Notes under the pieces: generated by a model
What the model saw: only the letters and a program-made list of their open reading frames with translations
The model's database searches: none
Told to the model about the DNA's origin: nothing
Position numbers and translations under genes: made by a program
Part shown: piece by piece, positions 34,507 to 43,748 of the stretch
Layout of the letters: every line of letters begins with the position of its first letter
Position numbering within the stretch: the stretch's first letter is position 1
Origin: Methanomassiliicoccales archaeon
GTDB lineage: Archaea > Thermoplasmatota > Thermoplasmata > Methanomassiliicoccales > UBA472
NCBI GenBank assembly: GCA_036677555.1
Contig: JAVBWG010000011.1
Coordinates: forward strand, 175,716 to 239,715
Length of the DNA stretch: 64,000 bases
Reading direction: 5' to 3'

Positions 34507-34579
34507 GGGCTCATGGTCTAGCGGTTATGACGTCTCCCTGACACGGAGGAGGTCTCCGGTTCAAATCCGGATGAGCCCA
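34507..34579 (+). tRNA. tRNA-Val (anticodon GAC), no encoded CCA
   Basis: Hand-folded. Acceptor GGGCTCA/TGAGCCC, anticodon stem TCTCC/GGAGG with loop CTGACAC, T arm TCCGG-TTCAAAT-CCGGA, discriminator A. Confidence 0.9.
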
Positions 34580-34588
34580 TTCATCTCA
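34561..34588 (+). repeat. attL direct repeat (T-loop to 3' end of tRNA-Val plus 9 nt)
   Basis: TCAAATCCGGATGAGCCCATTCATCTCA. It is 27/28 identical to 43058..43085. Its last 3 nt are the integrase stop codon on the opposite strand. Confidence 0.85.
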
Positions 34589-35632
34589 CTGGCTAACTCG
34601 TAAAATGCCCTTTTTCGGGGTGTTGAAGGCGTTAGCTTCTTCCAACACATCGAATGCGTCCTTCTGATCGTCGAGGTCCAGGCCGAGATATTGGTATGTC
34701 ATGGCCGGGGATTCATGCCCCAGGATGTTCTGGATGTTCTCGATCGGCTGGCCTCTCTTCTTCAGCATCCGTCCCAGCGTCCTCCGCATAGTGTGATGAC
34801 TGAAGTTGAAGTCCCGTCCATACATCTCCTCAACCCCATCCAGTATCCTTTCCATTATACCATCCAGCCCAGATTCGCTGTAAGCCTTCAATATCCCACC
34901 CTTCCCCCGGTTGTGTATGAACACCTCAGGAGGGATGTAGGCGTTGGGGTCCATTCTTTGAGCCTCATTGATCATTCTGGACCTCTCATCCAACCAGGGC
35001 ATGAGGTAGGATTTGACCGAAGGGGACAGATAGGTTGATCTCCGTTTTCCTCCCCCGCGCCCTTTCCCATTCACGTCCATATAGGTGGCATGGACATCGT
35101 TCGCTTTCAGCCTCATGACCTCAACCCGACGATAACCAGCACCCAGCTCCAGGGCAATCATGGCCCTTTCTATAGGCTTTCCCCTTTCGTTGAGGTAATC
35201 CCATACCATGCGTTCCTCCCTGTTCGAGGTATCTAGCCAATCGCGGGTTACGGTCATATTGTGTGGCCTCACTATTCGGACCGTTTCAATCTCCCTGTTC
35301 CCTTCGCGCTTGAGGAAGGTCTTTACGAACGACAGACACCAGAACTGATACCTCAGTGATGTTTCCGGGTCTATGTCCTGCTTCTTTCGACGCGATTTTT
35401 TCTTTGCGGCTACTTGAGCACGATTATCCTTGAAGATGTCGAATACCAGCCTGAGTTCCTTTTCCCCCATTTTTCGAGGACTCAATTCCAGGCCAGCATC
35501 AACGAGACCTTCCGCCCAGCGATTCAGGACGTATTCGGCACTCTCCACGGTCTTTTCCGATTGGTGCTCCTTTCGCCTCTCCTCTAAATGGTTTGATATT
35601 CGCTCCCGGAGGTTCCTGTCCTTTGTGGGCAT
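34586..35632 (-). CDS. int: Tyrosine recombinase / integrase
   Basis: 348 aa. GYRRVEVMRL (Arg I), HHTMRRTLG (H-x-x-R) and LGHESPAMTYQYL (His/Tyr nucleophile region). It is adjacent to the att site. Confidence 0.85.
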   Translation of the reverse strand: MPTKDRNLRERISNHLEERRKEHQSEKTVESAEYVLNRWAEGLVDAGLELSPRKMGEKELRLVFDIFKDNRAQVAAKKKSRRKKQDIDPETSLRYQFWCLSFVKTFLKREGNREIETVRIVRPHNMTVTRDWLDTSNREERMVWDYLNERGKPIERAMIALELGAGYRRVEVMRLKANDVHATYMDVNGKGRGGGKRRSTYLSPSVKSYLMPWLDERSRMINEAQRMDPNAYIPPEVFIHNRGKGGILKAYSESGLDGIMERILDGVEEMYGRDFNFSHHTMRRTLGRMLKKRGQPIENIQNILGHESPAMTYQYLGLDLDDQKDAFDVLEEANAFNTPKKGILRVSQ

Positions 35633-35677
35633 TTTAGGAATCCTCCAGCTGCGAATATGGGCTCAATGGCATAATAA

Positions 35678-37414
35678 TTAACCCCTAGCGAGAATCCAAC
35701 GTCCACTCGGTTCGATTGTTATTATTCCATCGCGCTTCAAACGGTTCAATAGATCACAATTAAAACCAGCCTCTACGAGTGAGTCCATCGTATGGAATGC
35801 CCCAGGAGTATTGCACCTCAATTCATTGAAGAGATCCTTCATGACCTCCTCACTCATCATAGAAGGCGTTTCATCGTGCTGAACTGGCATTTCCTCAACA
35901 TCTAATAGAGCCCCCATGATAATATCATGGTTTGTTGGGAAATTGGGAAAACGCGCTTGGAGTTCATCTATCTCCTTAGCCAGTATGCTCCTAAGCTTGG
36001 TCATTTCCCCCCAATTCTCAGATGGGAAGAACTGGGCAAGCCGGGAGAGATTGGAATTGACTAGAGCATATTTCGTGATCGGTTTACCGTCATCCAGTTG
36101 CTCCCGAACCGATGATACCAAATCACGATCTGCTAGTTCTCCAAGGTAATTGTAGATCGTCTTTGTGGACCGGCCTTTCTTCATCCCTACACTGACGGCT
36201 GCTGTAATCTCCTCAAGGCTCATGGGGTATGTATTCATGACCTCGAGGACACGTTGATGCCGAGGACCGATCCCAGTGGATTGAGATTTGTTGAAATGGT
36301 TCCAGAGATTCATTGCCTCGGTCAAATCGGCCATACTGGCCAAAATATACTTGTTGCCACCTTCCTCGAATATCAGCCTTTGGAATCGGTTGACGTAAGC
36401 AATAGAAGATACCAACACACAGAATCGTTCGAACTCTCCACGATTGCCCATATCCCGTTGCTTAATCTGGTCGATGAGCGGCATCAGGATGATAAATCCC
36501 CGTTCTGCCATTATCACAGAGATTAACTTCTTTGCCAGTTCAACCGTTTCCAAATCTTCAGGAGTTCTTCCATACTTTGCGACAGCTCTCTGTCTGTCGT
36601 TGACTTTTCTATCTAAGTCCTCTGACTCATCGATCGAAGCCGTAAAGAAGCGGTTCTTAAGCTGTGCTAGGGCATCATCGAACAGTTCTGCGGAGTTCGC
36701 CCAGATGACCGGGCGGCCTTCAATAACCTGCCTTACCGCCTTCTTTTGGTCGCTAACCGTATCGTTTACCAATGGACGATCGCCTAAAGACATTAGCGCC
36801 TTCAATGTCACCCGGGTATCATCGCTAAGGTCTGCGAACTCATCCAGAACTAATATTTTGTTAGCGTAGTAATCCGCTCCCTTTTCACCTCCGTGATAGT
36901 AGGCAGCCTTACCGCTCATTGATTGAATGGTTATTACTCGATCTGTGGGAAAAAGTTCACTTACCTTCCCTTCGATGTAAGACTTACCTTTCTGCGAATC
37001 TCCATTAATAAACACATGGAACCGTTCCCCCATGCTGCTGGATGCTCCTGAGTAAAAAAGGATCCATTTGAGTTCATTCTCTCCAATGACCCACGTATCC
37101 AATGCTTGCCTAACAACGTCCTTCCATTTACCGCCTTTAAGATACCCATTCAGGTCCAACTCGAGGTTCTCTATGAGCCAATCAATAATACCAAAATATC
37201 TCGGATTGTCGCGATTGGCATCCCATATGCCATACCAATCTTTCATCGATTGGACTTCGTGCAATCCATCGCTGAATAGGATGTCAGCGAATATGTCCGG
37301 ACTTCGAATGATGTCCTTTATGTCGTCCACTCGGTCATACTTAAACTGGACAGAAACCAGTAAAGATCCAGGGCTACCGCTATTAATGCTGGTTGCTGAT
37401 GTCGTAACAATCAC
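35678..37414 (-). CDS. P-loop NTPase, putative replication/helicase-type protein with a C-terminal winged-HTH
   Basis: 578 aa. Walker A INGDSQKGKS and Walker B KILVLDEF. The C-terminal segment MSLEEITAAVSV...TIYNYLGELADRDLV is wHTH-like. The position next to int is typical of element replication genes. The exact superfamily is not determined. Confidence 0.6.
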   Translation of the reverse strand: MIVTTSATSINSGSPGSLLVSVQFKYDRVDDIKDIIRSPDIFADILFSDGLHEVQSMKDWYGIWDANRDNPRYFGIIDWLIENLELDLNGYLKGGKWKDVVRQALDTWVIGENELKWILFYSGASSSMGERFHVFINGDSQKGKSYIEGKVSELFPTDRVITIQSMSGKAAYYHGGEKGADYYANKILVLDEFADLSDDTRVTLKALMSLGDRPLVNDTVSDQKKAVRQVIEGRPVIWANSAELFDDALAQLKNRFFTASIDESEDLDRKVNDRQRAVAKYGRTPEDLETVELAKKLISVIMAERGFIILMPLIDQIKQRDMGNRGEFERFCVLVSSIAYVNRFQRLIFEEGGNKYILASMADLTEAMNLWNHFNKSQSTGIGPRHQRVLEVMNTYPMSLEEITAAVSVGMKKGRSTKTIYNYLGELADRDLVSSVREQLDDGKPITKYALVNSNLSRLAQFFPSENWGEMTKLRSILAKEIDELQARFPNFPTNHDIIMGALLDVEEMPVQHDETPSMMSEEVMKDLFNELRCNTPGAFHTMDSLVEAGFNCDLLNRLKRDGIITIEPSGRWILARG

Positions 37415-37488
37415 CCATCCGGCTTTAGTCTATCCTCGACATCGGTAATTCAGTCACAGATCCGAAGAGGGGAGCAAACACAATTCCT

Positions 37489-37995
37489 TCAATCATTCAA
37501 TCCCTCCAGCTTATCGACCAATGACTTTAGTGTCAAATCAACCTCATATTCGGATGTCACTAAACGGGCCAGCGTTTCTTCGGAAGACTTCAGCTTAGCC
37601 TTTTCACGGATAATCCCTTCGGCACTCTCAGGACCTCTATAATAAAGATTCAGCGAAGAGATGTTTAACATCTTCAGAATAGCAAAGGCGGTTCTAACCT
37701 TAAGCTCGTGATCATCGGAATCTAAAGCCTCCTCAGCTGCCTTTATGGCCTTACCAATAAGATTCCGCACTCCCTGCTGATAAGAGTCAATCAACCCGGC
37801 TTTCCTTCTATTGAACTCCGCGATAAACTCGGGATGATGCAGCCTCCAACGACAGACGGTCTCCCGGGCAACATTAACGTTCGCGGCTACCTCTGCATCA
37901 GTCATTCCGGAAAGCAATAATTCGATGGCCTCTGACTGCTTTGGGGTCAGAGAAAAAAGCTGTGAGTAATTGTGAGAATCTGTGGCGGTTTTCAT
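37489..37995 (-). CDS. HTH-domain protein of the integrated element
   Basis: 168 aa. LLSGMTDAEVAANVNVARETVCRWRL is an HTH pattern, followed by a helical C-terminal half. Confidence 0.55.
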   Translation of the reverse strand: MKTATDSHNYSQLFSLTPKQSEAIELLLSGMTDAEVAANVNVARETVCRWRLHHPEFIAEFNRRKAGLIDSYQQGVRNLIGKAIKAAEEALDSDDHELKVRTAFAILKMLNISSLNLYYRGPESAEGIIREKAKLKSSEETLARLVTSEYEVDLTLKSLVDKLEGLND

Positions 37996-38258
37996 AGATC
38001 CTCACCTTCGACATTCTCTGTCCGTTCTACTCGGATCTTTTCTTCAACCCCCAACATATTGATAATATTCTCGATGCTGGGTTTGGGCGTTCTTAGTACC
38101 GTATCTGCGGAGATCGTTCTTGCGATCCGTCCATCGGAAATGATATATCTGCTATTACAACTACACATTTTGACAACTCCTACCCGGGATTTGTCTGGGG
38201 AACCCGGGAGGATAGACCGTTGACGCGATCCATCCTCCCTCCCCGTTTCATTCAACAT
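37992..38258 (-). CDS. Small hypothetical protein of the integrated element (weak call)
   Basis: 88-aa ORF whose stop overlaps the downstream start by 4 nt. There is an internal Met at MCSCNSRY. No recognisable domain. Confidence 0.3.
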   Translation of the reverse strand: MLNETGREDGSRQRSILPGSPDKSRVGVVKMCSCNSRYIISDGRIARTISADTVLRTPKPSIENIINMLGVEEKIRVERTENVEGEDL

Positions 38259-38269
38259 CTTGCCTCTGC

Positions 38270-38761
38270 TTAATCTTCATCAATTGAATCGATAACATCG
38301 CTTTCTATCGTCCAGTGTAACCCCCTATGTGTCTTCATCCACCCCTCAAGAGAAATTTCTTCGATGGGAAACTTTTCAAGAAGTTTGTGGCATCGAGGAC
38401 ATTGCTTCGGTCGTTCGGCTCGGGTTTTCCATAGATTATCGCACTTGGGACAAAGAGCATAATCCGACGGATTATCCCCATTTTTAAAAAACAGTATAAG
38501 CTGATCTTTCCCGGGCATCATAAGATCAGTACCGGGGAAAAGTATCAATCCATAATTTCCTTTTATTCCTGTATCTTTATCATAAACAACCTGTACCTTT
38601 CCAGTTCCAGAAATTTTATACTTTTCTGCAATCGCAAGAATAAAACTCGGAACTTCTTCAAGGGTCCTCGGTGCTTCTATTTCTGTACCAGTCAATATCA
38701 CATAATTCGTGTAGACTGATACTACAGGTGGATTCGAGTCATCCTTTATTTCGTCTTTCAT
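38270..38761 (-). CDS. Hypothetical protein with a C-terminal zinc ribbon
   Basis: 163 aa. CPKCDNLW-x10-CPRCHK. It lies directly downstream of the restriction-modification gene on the same strand. Confidence 0.55.
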   Translation of the reverse strand: MKDEIKDDSNPPVVSVYTNYVILTGTEIEAPRTLEEVPSFILAIAEKYKISGTGKVQVVYDKDTGIKGNYGLILFPGTDLMMPGKDQLILFFKNGDNPSDYALCPKCDNLWKTRAERPKQCPRCHKLLEKFPIEEISLEGWMKTHRGLHWTIESDVIDSIDED

Positions 38762-38821
38762 AACATGTTATGAAATGCTATACACATATTTTAATTTATC
38801 TATAGGTCATCTCAATAAGCA

Positions 38822-41800
38822 TTAGCTTGAAAGGCGCAATCTTGCTTTTTCGAAAGATGCCGCATCAACATTATAGAGGTCCACGCACAGAGAATCAATT
38901 ACTGCATCAATGAAGCTAATTTTTGCTTTAAGCGGAAGAATAACTTTTGAGGATGCGCGGTATTCCTCACTCAAGCTCATTGACAGTGCGCTCCCAAGTC
39001 GAATCTGATTGGATTTAAGGATCTTTTCTATCTCCCTAATCCCCGGCTCTGTTCCCAATAACTCGCTTTTATAATATTCCTCGACCTCTGCTCTTTTCCT
39101 CAACTCGCATATGGGACGCCCTATGCCAGACGGTGATTGAAGCCACCCAAGAAATTGATCTACCGAATATCTGATTGTGTTCATGCTCTTGGTCATCTCC
39201 TCTGCCAAAATTCCAATAAGATGGTACTTGACTTCTGGCTCTAAGGAATGGCCCCTGATAATAAAATCCTGAACAAGTGATTGGTCACCCAATTCGAGTG
39301 CGTCAATAAGCCCAGCTCTGATTGCATTGGCCTGTGTTCTGCACTCATTCTCATCAAGCTGAAAATTAATTATGGGAACTGGCAGGTTTTTTACATCGTT
39401 GGGAACGACTGAAAGACCATCAGAAAGCATCAATTTATAGTACCAACCTATGATGCTGGAATTAAGAATGGCGGTCAGGAACCATATGTTATCCTGTCTT
39501 GCGCCTTGCTCTGATGGAACGGTGATTCCTTGTCTTTTTAATCCCCTAAGCTTTGAGTGAGGAACGCAAGCGATCAACGTTGAGAAACAGTATGCTTGTG
39601 ATTCGTCGAATGCTCCCATTAACCCCTTCTTACCGCAGATTTTTCGCACCACTATCTTTTCGTTTTCAAAGAACTCTGGGAACATGGGATTGTAGAGATT
39701 CTCTAGGTCGTAGTCGATATAACGCTCTGGTACTTTCATATCATAACGATCAATAATGTCCTCACCGCGAAGCAGGCGTTTGTATCTGCCAGTTAAGGGA
39801 CGATCAGTAATCATCTTCTTTGTGCGTTCCTCTGTACCGGTCCGGAGACCCCAGTTCACATAGCATATTTGCCCGAATTTAATACTGGACGATTCCATCT
39901 TTCGGACGATCTCCATTGATTCATCATCGATGTCCATCCTGATTCGTGCCATAGGTAACTCGAGGAAGAACCGCTGGGGAATTTTCGATGCTTCGGTCAA
40001 CTCGCCCGTGGCCATATCATATTTTTTAATAGAGACGGTGTTGACATCACTAGATGCTGGTTCACCCTCGTTCGAGGGTGTTTTCAATATGATGGGGATA
40101 ACGTTCTCTACCGTAGCATCTTCAAAAACCCTTGTGCCCCTCAGGTCCGCTAGTTCTAGCAATTTTAATGATAGGATTTGTTTCCTGAGCGGCTCACCGT
40201 AAGGTGATACGGTCCATTTATCTGGAACTATCATGCTGAAGTAACCACCCCTGGCAGTTAAATTCAGCCCTAGTTCCATGAACACCACATAGAGGTCGAA
40301 TTTCATGTGGGCTGATTGGTAGTTATCTGCCAGGAATTTGACGTCCTCATCCGATATACGACCCCTATAAATTCGCACATATGGTGGGTTGCCAATGACT
40401 GCATCGAAACCAGGATTTACCTTCTTTATGCCGTTCTCGAAGAAAATCTCAGGATACTCCATTTCCCAATTGAAGAACTTCCTTGCGGTTGCCTCGTGCA
40501 AGGCTTGCTTTGCCCAAGGCTGGCTACTTCTTACAGCCCATTCCTTTTGATTGCCATAGTATGCTTCGTTGACCAGATCCATGTATCTATTTCTTATTGC
40601 ATCAAAATCACAATTTATGAAACGGAGTCCAGTATTCACATCGGCCATTACTGTTATTCTACCATATTCGTCCGATTCTTTCAGTTGAAGAAACAACCTT
40701 TCCTTGTCCTTGACCTGGTCAACAGTGTCCTCAGGAAGATCCTGCAACATTTTCATACGATCGAGTATCTTTTGAACTAATCCGTGTGGAACCTCGATCG
40801 GAGAAGCAGTCCTCGAGGGCTTTTCCCCCGGGAGCCAGACAATATCATCGAGCTTAGCACCGATTAATGAGTTACCGCACTTTAGTCTGTGATCAAGGAA
40901 TGAAAGCGGACGATCCTTACAGATCGTCGTCAACCATAAACTGACCTTAGCAAGCTCGACCGCAACCTCGTTTAGATCGACCCCATAGATACAGTTTGAG
41001 ACAACCTCTCGTTTAGCCCATTCAAGAGTGAACGATTCAGCTTTATCATTGGAGATTAAGCCGCGTTCAAGATCGGTTTGAACAGCTTCCATTATGCATG
41101 TTGATAGGTAATCGATGGTTCCCACAAGAAAATGTCCAGATCCCATCGCTGGATCCAACACTTTGGTTGAAAGAACTGCATCCGCTAAAGAGGTCCCATT
41201 ATCCAGAGCCTCTTGTTTCTTCTTTAGGATTAATGGGCTTAAAGATCTCTCCACGATAAAACGGACAATATAATCAGGTGTGTAATAGGAACCTGTGTTT
41301 TTTCGTTCACCATTACTCGTTGCAACGTAAAGTCTCCCGGGCTCTACTCTGCGATCCTCGGGAAACTCCTCAAATGGCTTTGGGCTCTTTGATTCAGTTG
41401 CATATTTTTCCCACTCCTGCCAGATTAAATCGGCCCCGCTTGCCACCTTTCTACTCACCGTATAATGTACTTGATACTCAAGGAGTCCCTCGTAAATTGA
41501 TCCTAGATGCCGCACATCCAAAGTGGAGTAGTCCACAAATTGTAATTTTCCATCCTCTCCCTTTGACCTTACCAACAAGTCAATTGCTTTGGCTAAGGTC
41601 TTATCACCAATCTGATTACGCGTTAGAAATGGATTACGAATTGAATCGAACAAGCCTCCGTTATATGCTGGAACATAAAACTGTTCTCGATTAATCCCGA
41701 GTTTCTCACTTCCGAAATTTATTAGATCGAACAATTGGCGAAGCCTGCTCCAATAGGAAGTTCCTGACTCGATTATCGCCTGTCCCTGGTCAACCTTCTC

Positions 41801-42748
41801 AGCTATTTCATTTTTTAACCCATAAAGACTGTACGGTGAACCTAAATATTCCTCATCCGAAAGAAGCCCTTTACCCTCAGAGTAGAGTATAAAGAGCATT
41901 CGGTATAGGAGACGCATCGTATTGTTCTGGACCAGTTTTAATTCCTCATCTGATGATGGATTGAGCTGATTCGAAGGATAATCGAAGAATCCCTGGGTGA
42001 TAATTCTTAGAGCATTGTAGACATTTTCTTTGAGATCTTCTCCAACCCGCTTCGCATAATCGACTGAACCGTGAATAATACTGTCTAAGTAACAACCAAT
42101 TGGGCCACCCGACTCGAAAGCTTTTCTACTGAAAAACAGCCAGAAATATTTTAAGGACTTCACATCCTTTTTTTCAACAATTTGGGAAAGATCAATCTCA
42201 AAAAATTTGTCAGTGCGCGGTTCTTTGTGATACAATCGCCACTTTCTTCCGTTGGTTAGGATGCCCCAGTCTTTTTCTGTCCGATTGAGATACACCCATA
42301 TCTGAAAAGAGGGGTTCCAGCTCTTGGACATCTTATCCTTATCAGGTCGGTCCAACTCCCGGTCCCATCGCTTCGCTTCACAGATAGTCAACGCTTCCTT
42401 AAAGAGGGCTTCTTTATTTCTCCAGACCTTGGTTTTATCGTATACTCCAAACAATGCGTAATCTGGATAATCAGATCCAGTACCAACATCTGCTTGAACT
42501 TCGAACTCAAAACCCAGGAGCTTTAATACGGGTTTGATGAGGTGTTCTTCTAATTGAGCTTCATTGTATGATGGAAAATGTTTTGAATCTTTGAAGAGGG
42601 CAATCAAATCGAATAACTTACCCTCCTCGGAAAATGTCTTCCATTGCTCTGTTTGAGGGAGTATGGATTCCAGATAATGATTTGAGAACAGATTCCTATT
42701 GCGGAATGGCTTCATTTCAATCAATGTAAGCTGCGTTTGTTCCCTCAT
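38822..42748 (-). CDS. Type IIG restriction-modification enzyme (N-terminal PD-(D/E)xK nuclease, gamma-class N6-adenine methyltransferase, C-terminal target-recognition region)
   Basis: 1308 aa. N-terminal YPDYALF...ICEAKRW...WGILTNGRKWRLY (nuclease domain of Eco57I/MmeI-type enzymes), VLDPAMGSGHFLV (SAM motif I), VIGNPPYV (motif IV), and a C-terminal region of about 500 aa. Confidence 0.8.
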   Translation of the reverse strand: MREQTQLTLIEMKPFRNRNLFSNHYLESILPQTEQWKTFSEEGKLFDLIALFKDSKHFPSYNEAQLEEHLIKPVLKLLGFEFEVQADVGTGSDYPDYALFGVYDKTKVWRNKEALFKEALTICEAKRWDRELDRPDKDKMSKSWNPSFQIWVYLNRTEKDWGILTNGRKWRLYHKEPRTDKFFEIDLSQIVEKKDVKSLKYFWLFFSRKAFESGGPIGCYLDSIIHGSVDYAKRVGEDLKENVYNALRIITQGFFDYPSNQLNPSSDEELKLVQNNTMRLLYRMLFILYSEGKGLLSDEEYLGSPYSLYGLKNEIAEKVDQGQAIIESGTSYWSRLRQLFDLINFGSEKLGINREQFYVPAYNGGLFDSIRNPFLTRNQIGDKTLAKAIDLLVRSKGEDGKLQFVDYSTLDVRHLGSIYEGLLEYQVHYTVSRKVASGADLIWQEWEKYATESKSPKPFEEFPEDRRVEPGRLYVATSNGERKNTGSYYTPDYIVRFIVERSLSPLILKKKQEALDNGTSLADAVLSTKVLDPAMGSGHFLVGTIDYLSTCIMEAVQTDLERGLISNDKAESFTLEWAKREVVSNCIYGVDLNEVAVELAKVSLWLTTICKDRPLSFLDHRLKCGNSLIGAKLDDIVWLPGEKPSRTASPIEVPHGLVQKILDRMKMLQDLPEDTVDQVKDKERLFLQLKESDEYGRITVMADVNTGLRFINCDFDAIRNRYMDLVNEAYYGNQKEWAVRSSQPWAKQALHEATARKFFNWEMEYPEIFFENGIKKVNPGFDAVIGNPPYVRIYRGRISDEDVKFLADNYQSAHMKFDLYVVFMELGLNLTARGGYFSMIVPDKWTVSPYGEPLRKQILSLKLLELADLRGTRVFEDATVENVIPIILKTPSNEGEPASSDVNTVSIKKYDMATGELTEASKIPQRFFLELPMARIRMDIDDESMEIVRKMESSSIKFGQICYVNWGLRTGTEERTKKMITDRPLTGRYKRLLRGEDIIDRYDMKVPERYIDYDLENLYNPMFPEFFENEKIVVRKICGKKGLMGAFDESQAYCFSTLIACVPHSKLRGLKRQGITVPSEQGARQDNIWFLTAILNSSIIGWYYKLMLSDGLSVVPNDVKNLPVPIINFQLDENECRTQANAIRAGLIDALELGDQSLVQDFIIRGHSLEPEVKYHLIGILAEEMTKSMNTIRYSVDQFLGWLQSPSGIGRPICELRKRAEVEEYYKSELLGTEPGIREIEKILKSNQIRLGSALSMSLSEEYRASSKVILPLKAKISFIDAVIDSLCVDLYNVDAASFEKARLRLSS

Positions 42749-43057
42749 CCAACTCTCCGAGGACTGTATACTTTTGTATTAGATAAAAGTCGGTCTGCTA
42801 GTATCGAAACCAAAATACTGACAAGACCCAGAAACCCTCAATGTTAAAACTCAATCGATTATTCCTGATTCCCTTACCTTCCCCAATTAATGATCGGGAA
42901 TGAATTTGGAACCATCCAGATAATGATCGAATTGATTCCTCCCAATCTCCTAACAAAATAGAAAAAGAAAGAAAAGAGTTTAGTTAAAGTCTATTTGTTC
43001 TCCGAGAGCGTTAAGAAATTTAGGCATTTTCTTGAATGGCCAGTTAATGTGATGGGC

Positions 43058-43085
43058 TCAAATCCGGATGAGCCCATCCATCTCA
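43058..43085 (+). repeat. attR direct repeat (partial tRNA-Val 3' end copy)
   Basis: TCAAATCCGGATGAGCCCATCCATCTCA, with one mismatch to attL at repeat position 21. Confidence 0.85.
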
Positions 43086-43139
43086 TTTTTCGATCGAACT
43101 TCCTTGCTCCCGATGGGCTTACCTCTGTTGAGAGCGGCA

Positions 43140-43580
43140 TCAATCATCGACCATCAGCCGGCCCTTGTCGTCAAGAGGGGTGTACGGATTGTATGCGACC
43201 TCCCACAGATGCCCGTCCGGGTCCTGGAAGTAGAAGTGGTATCCGCCCCAGAACACTTTTTGCGGTTCCTTCACCATCTTCCCTCCGCTTTTCCGGACCA
43301 GGATGGAGAACTCGTCGACCTCCATCTCGCTGGCAAGATTGATGGCCATGGCGGTCCCTCGGAACCCTTGGCCTTCGGCCGAGATCTGGGCATCATCCGC
43401 CAACATGTCCCAAGGATAGAGGGCCAGAACGGTCCCTCCGGTGATGAACCATGTGATGTGCTCATCGCTTCTGGACGAAAGGACGAAACCTATGGCCCGG
43501 TAGAACTCTGATGAAAGGGAGAGGTCTCGCACCCCCAAGGTCAGAACGTTGACGCTCCTATGCGGCATTGCATCACCCAT
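43140..43580 (-). CDS. VOC / glyoxalase-bleomycin-resistance family protein
   Basis: 146 aa. VNVLTLGVRDLSLSSEFYRAIGF...HFYFQDPDGHLWEVAYNP is a typical VOC fold pattern. Confidence 0.75.
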   Translation of the reverse strand: MGDAMPHRSVNVLTLGVRDLSLSSEFYRAIGFVLSSRSDEHITWFITGGTVLALYPWDMLADDAQISAEGQGFRGTAMAINLASEMEVDEFSILVRKSGGKMVKEPQKVFWGGYHFYFQDPDGHLWEVAYNPYTPLDDKGRLMVDD

Positions 43581-43748
43581 GGACCATTTCCCGACGTTGA
43601 TATATGATAACTGCTCCCGGCAGACCGTAAGTGCGCAGACCGTCCCCTGGAACAGCCGACCGCGGAAGGATGGCGAACAGTGTTGACCTTTTCATTTTCA
43701 GTCCCCTCATGCACAGTTTTTTATCAACTACTAGCTCTGCTTTCACAC

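Larger units (their letters stand above)
34561..43085. mobile_element. Integrated element (8,525 bp including both repeats) inserted at the 3' end of tRNA-Val
   Basis: It is bounded by 28-bp direct repeats. A tyrosine integrase sits immediately next to the tRNA, and all six ORFs are on the minus strand. Composition is visibly AT-richer than the flanks (by eye, not computed). Confidence 0.85.

Noticed and set aside
38822-42748. Alternative reading of the 1308-aa methyltransferase as BREX PglX.
   Set aside because: No other BREX genes (PglZ, BrxC, BrxL and so on) are in the element. The N-terminal PD-(D/E)xK-like nuclease motifs point to a self-contained type IIG enzyme.
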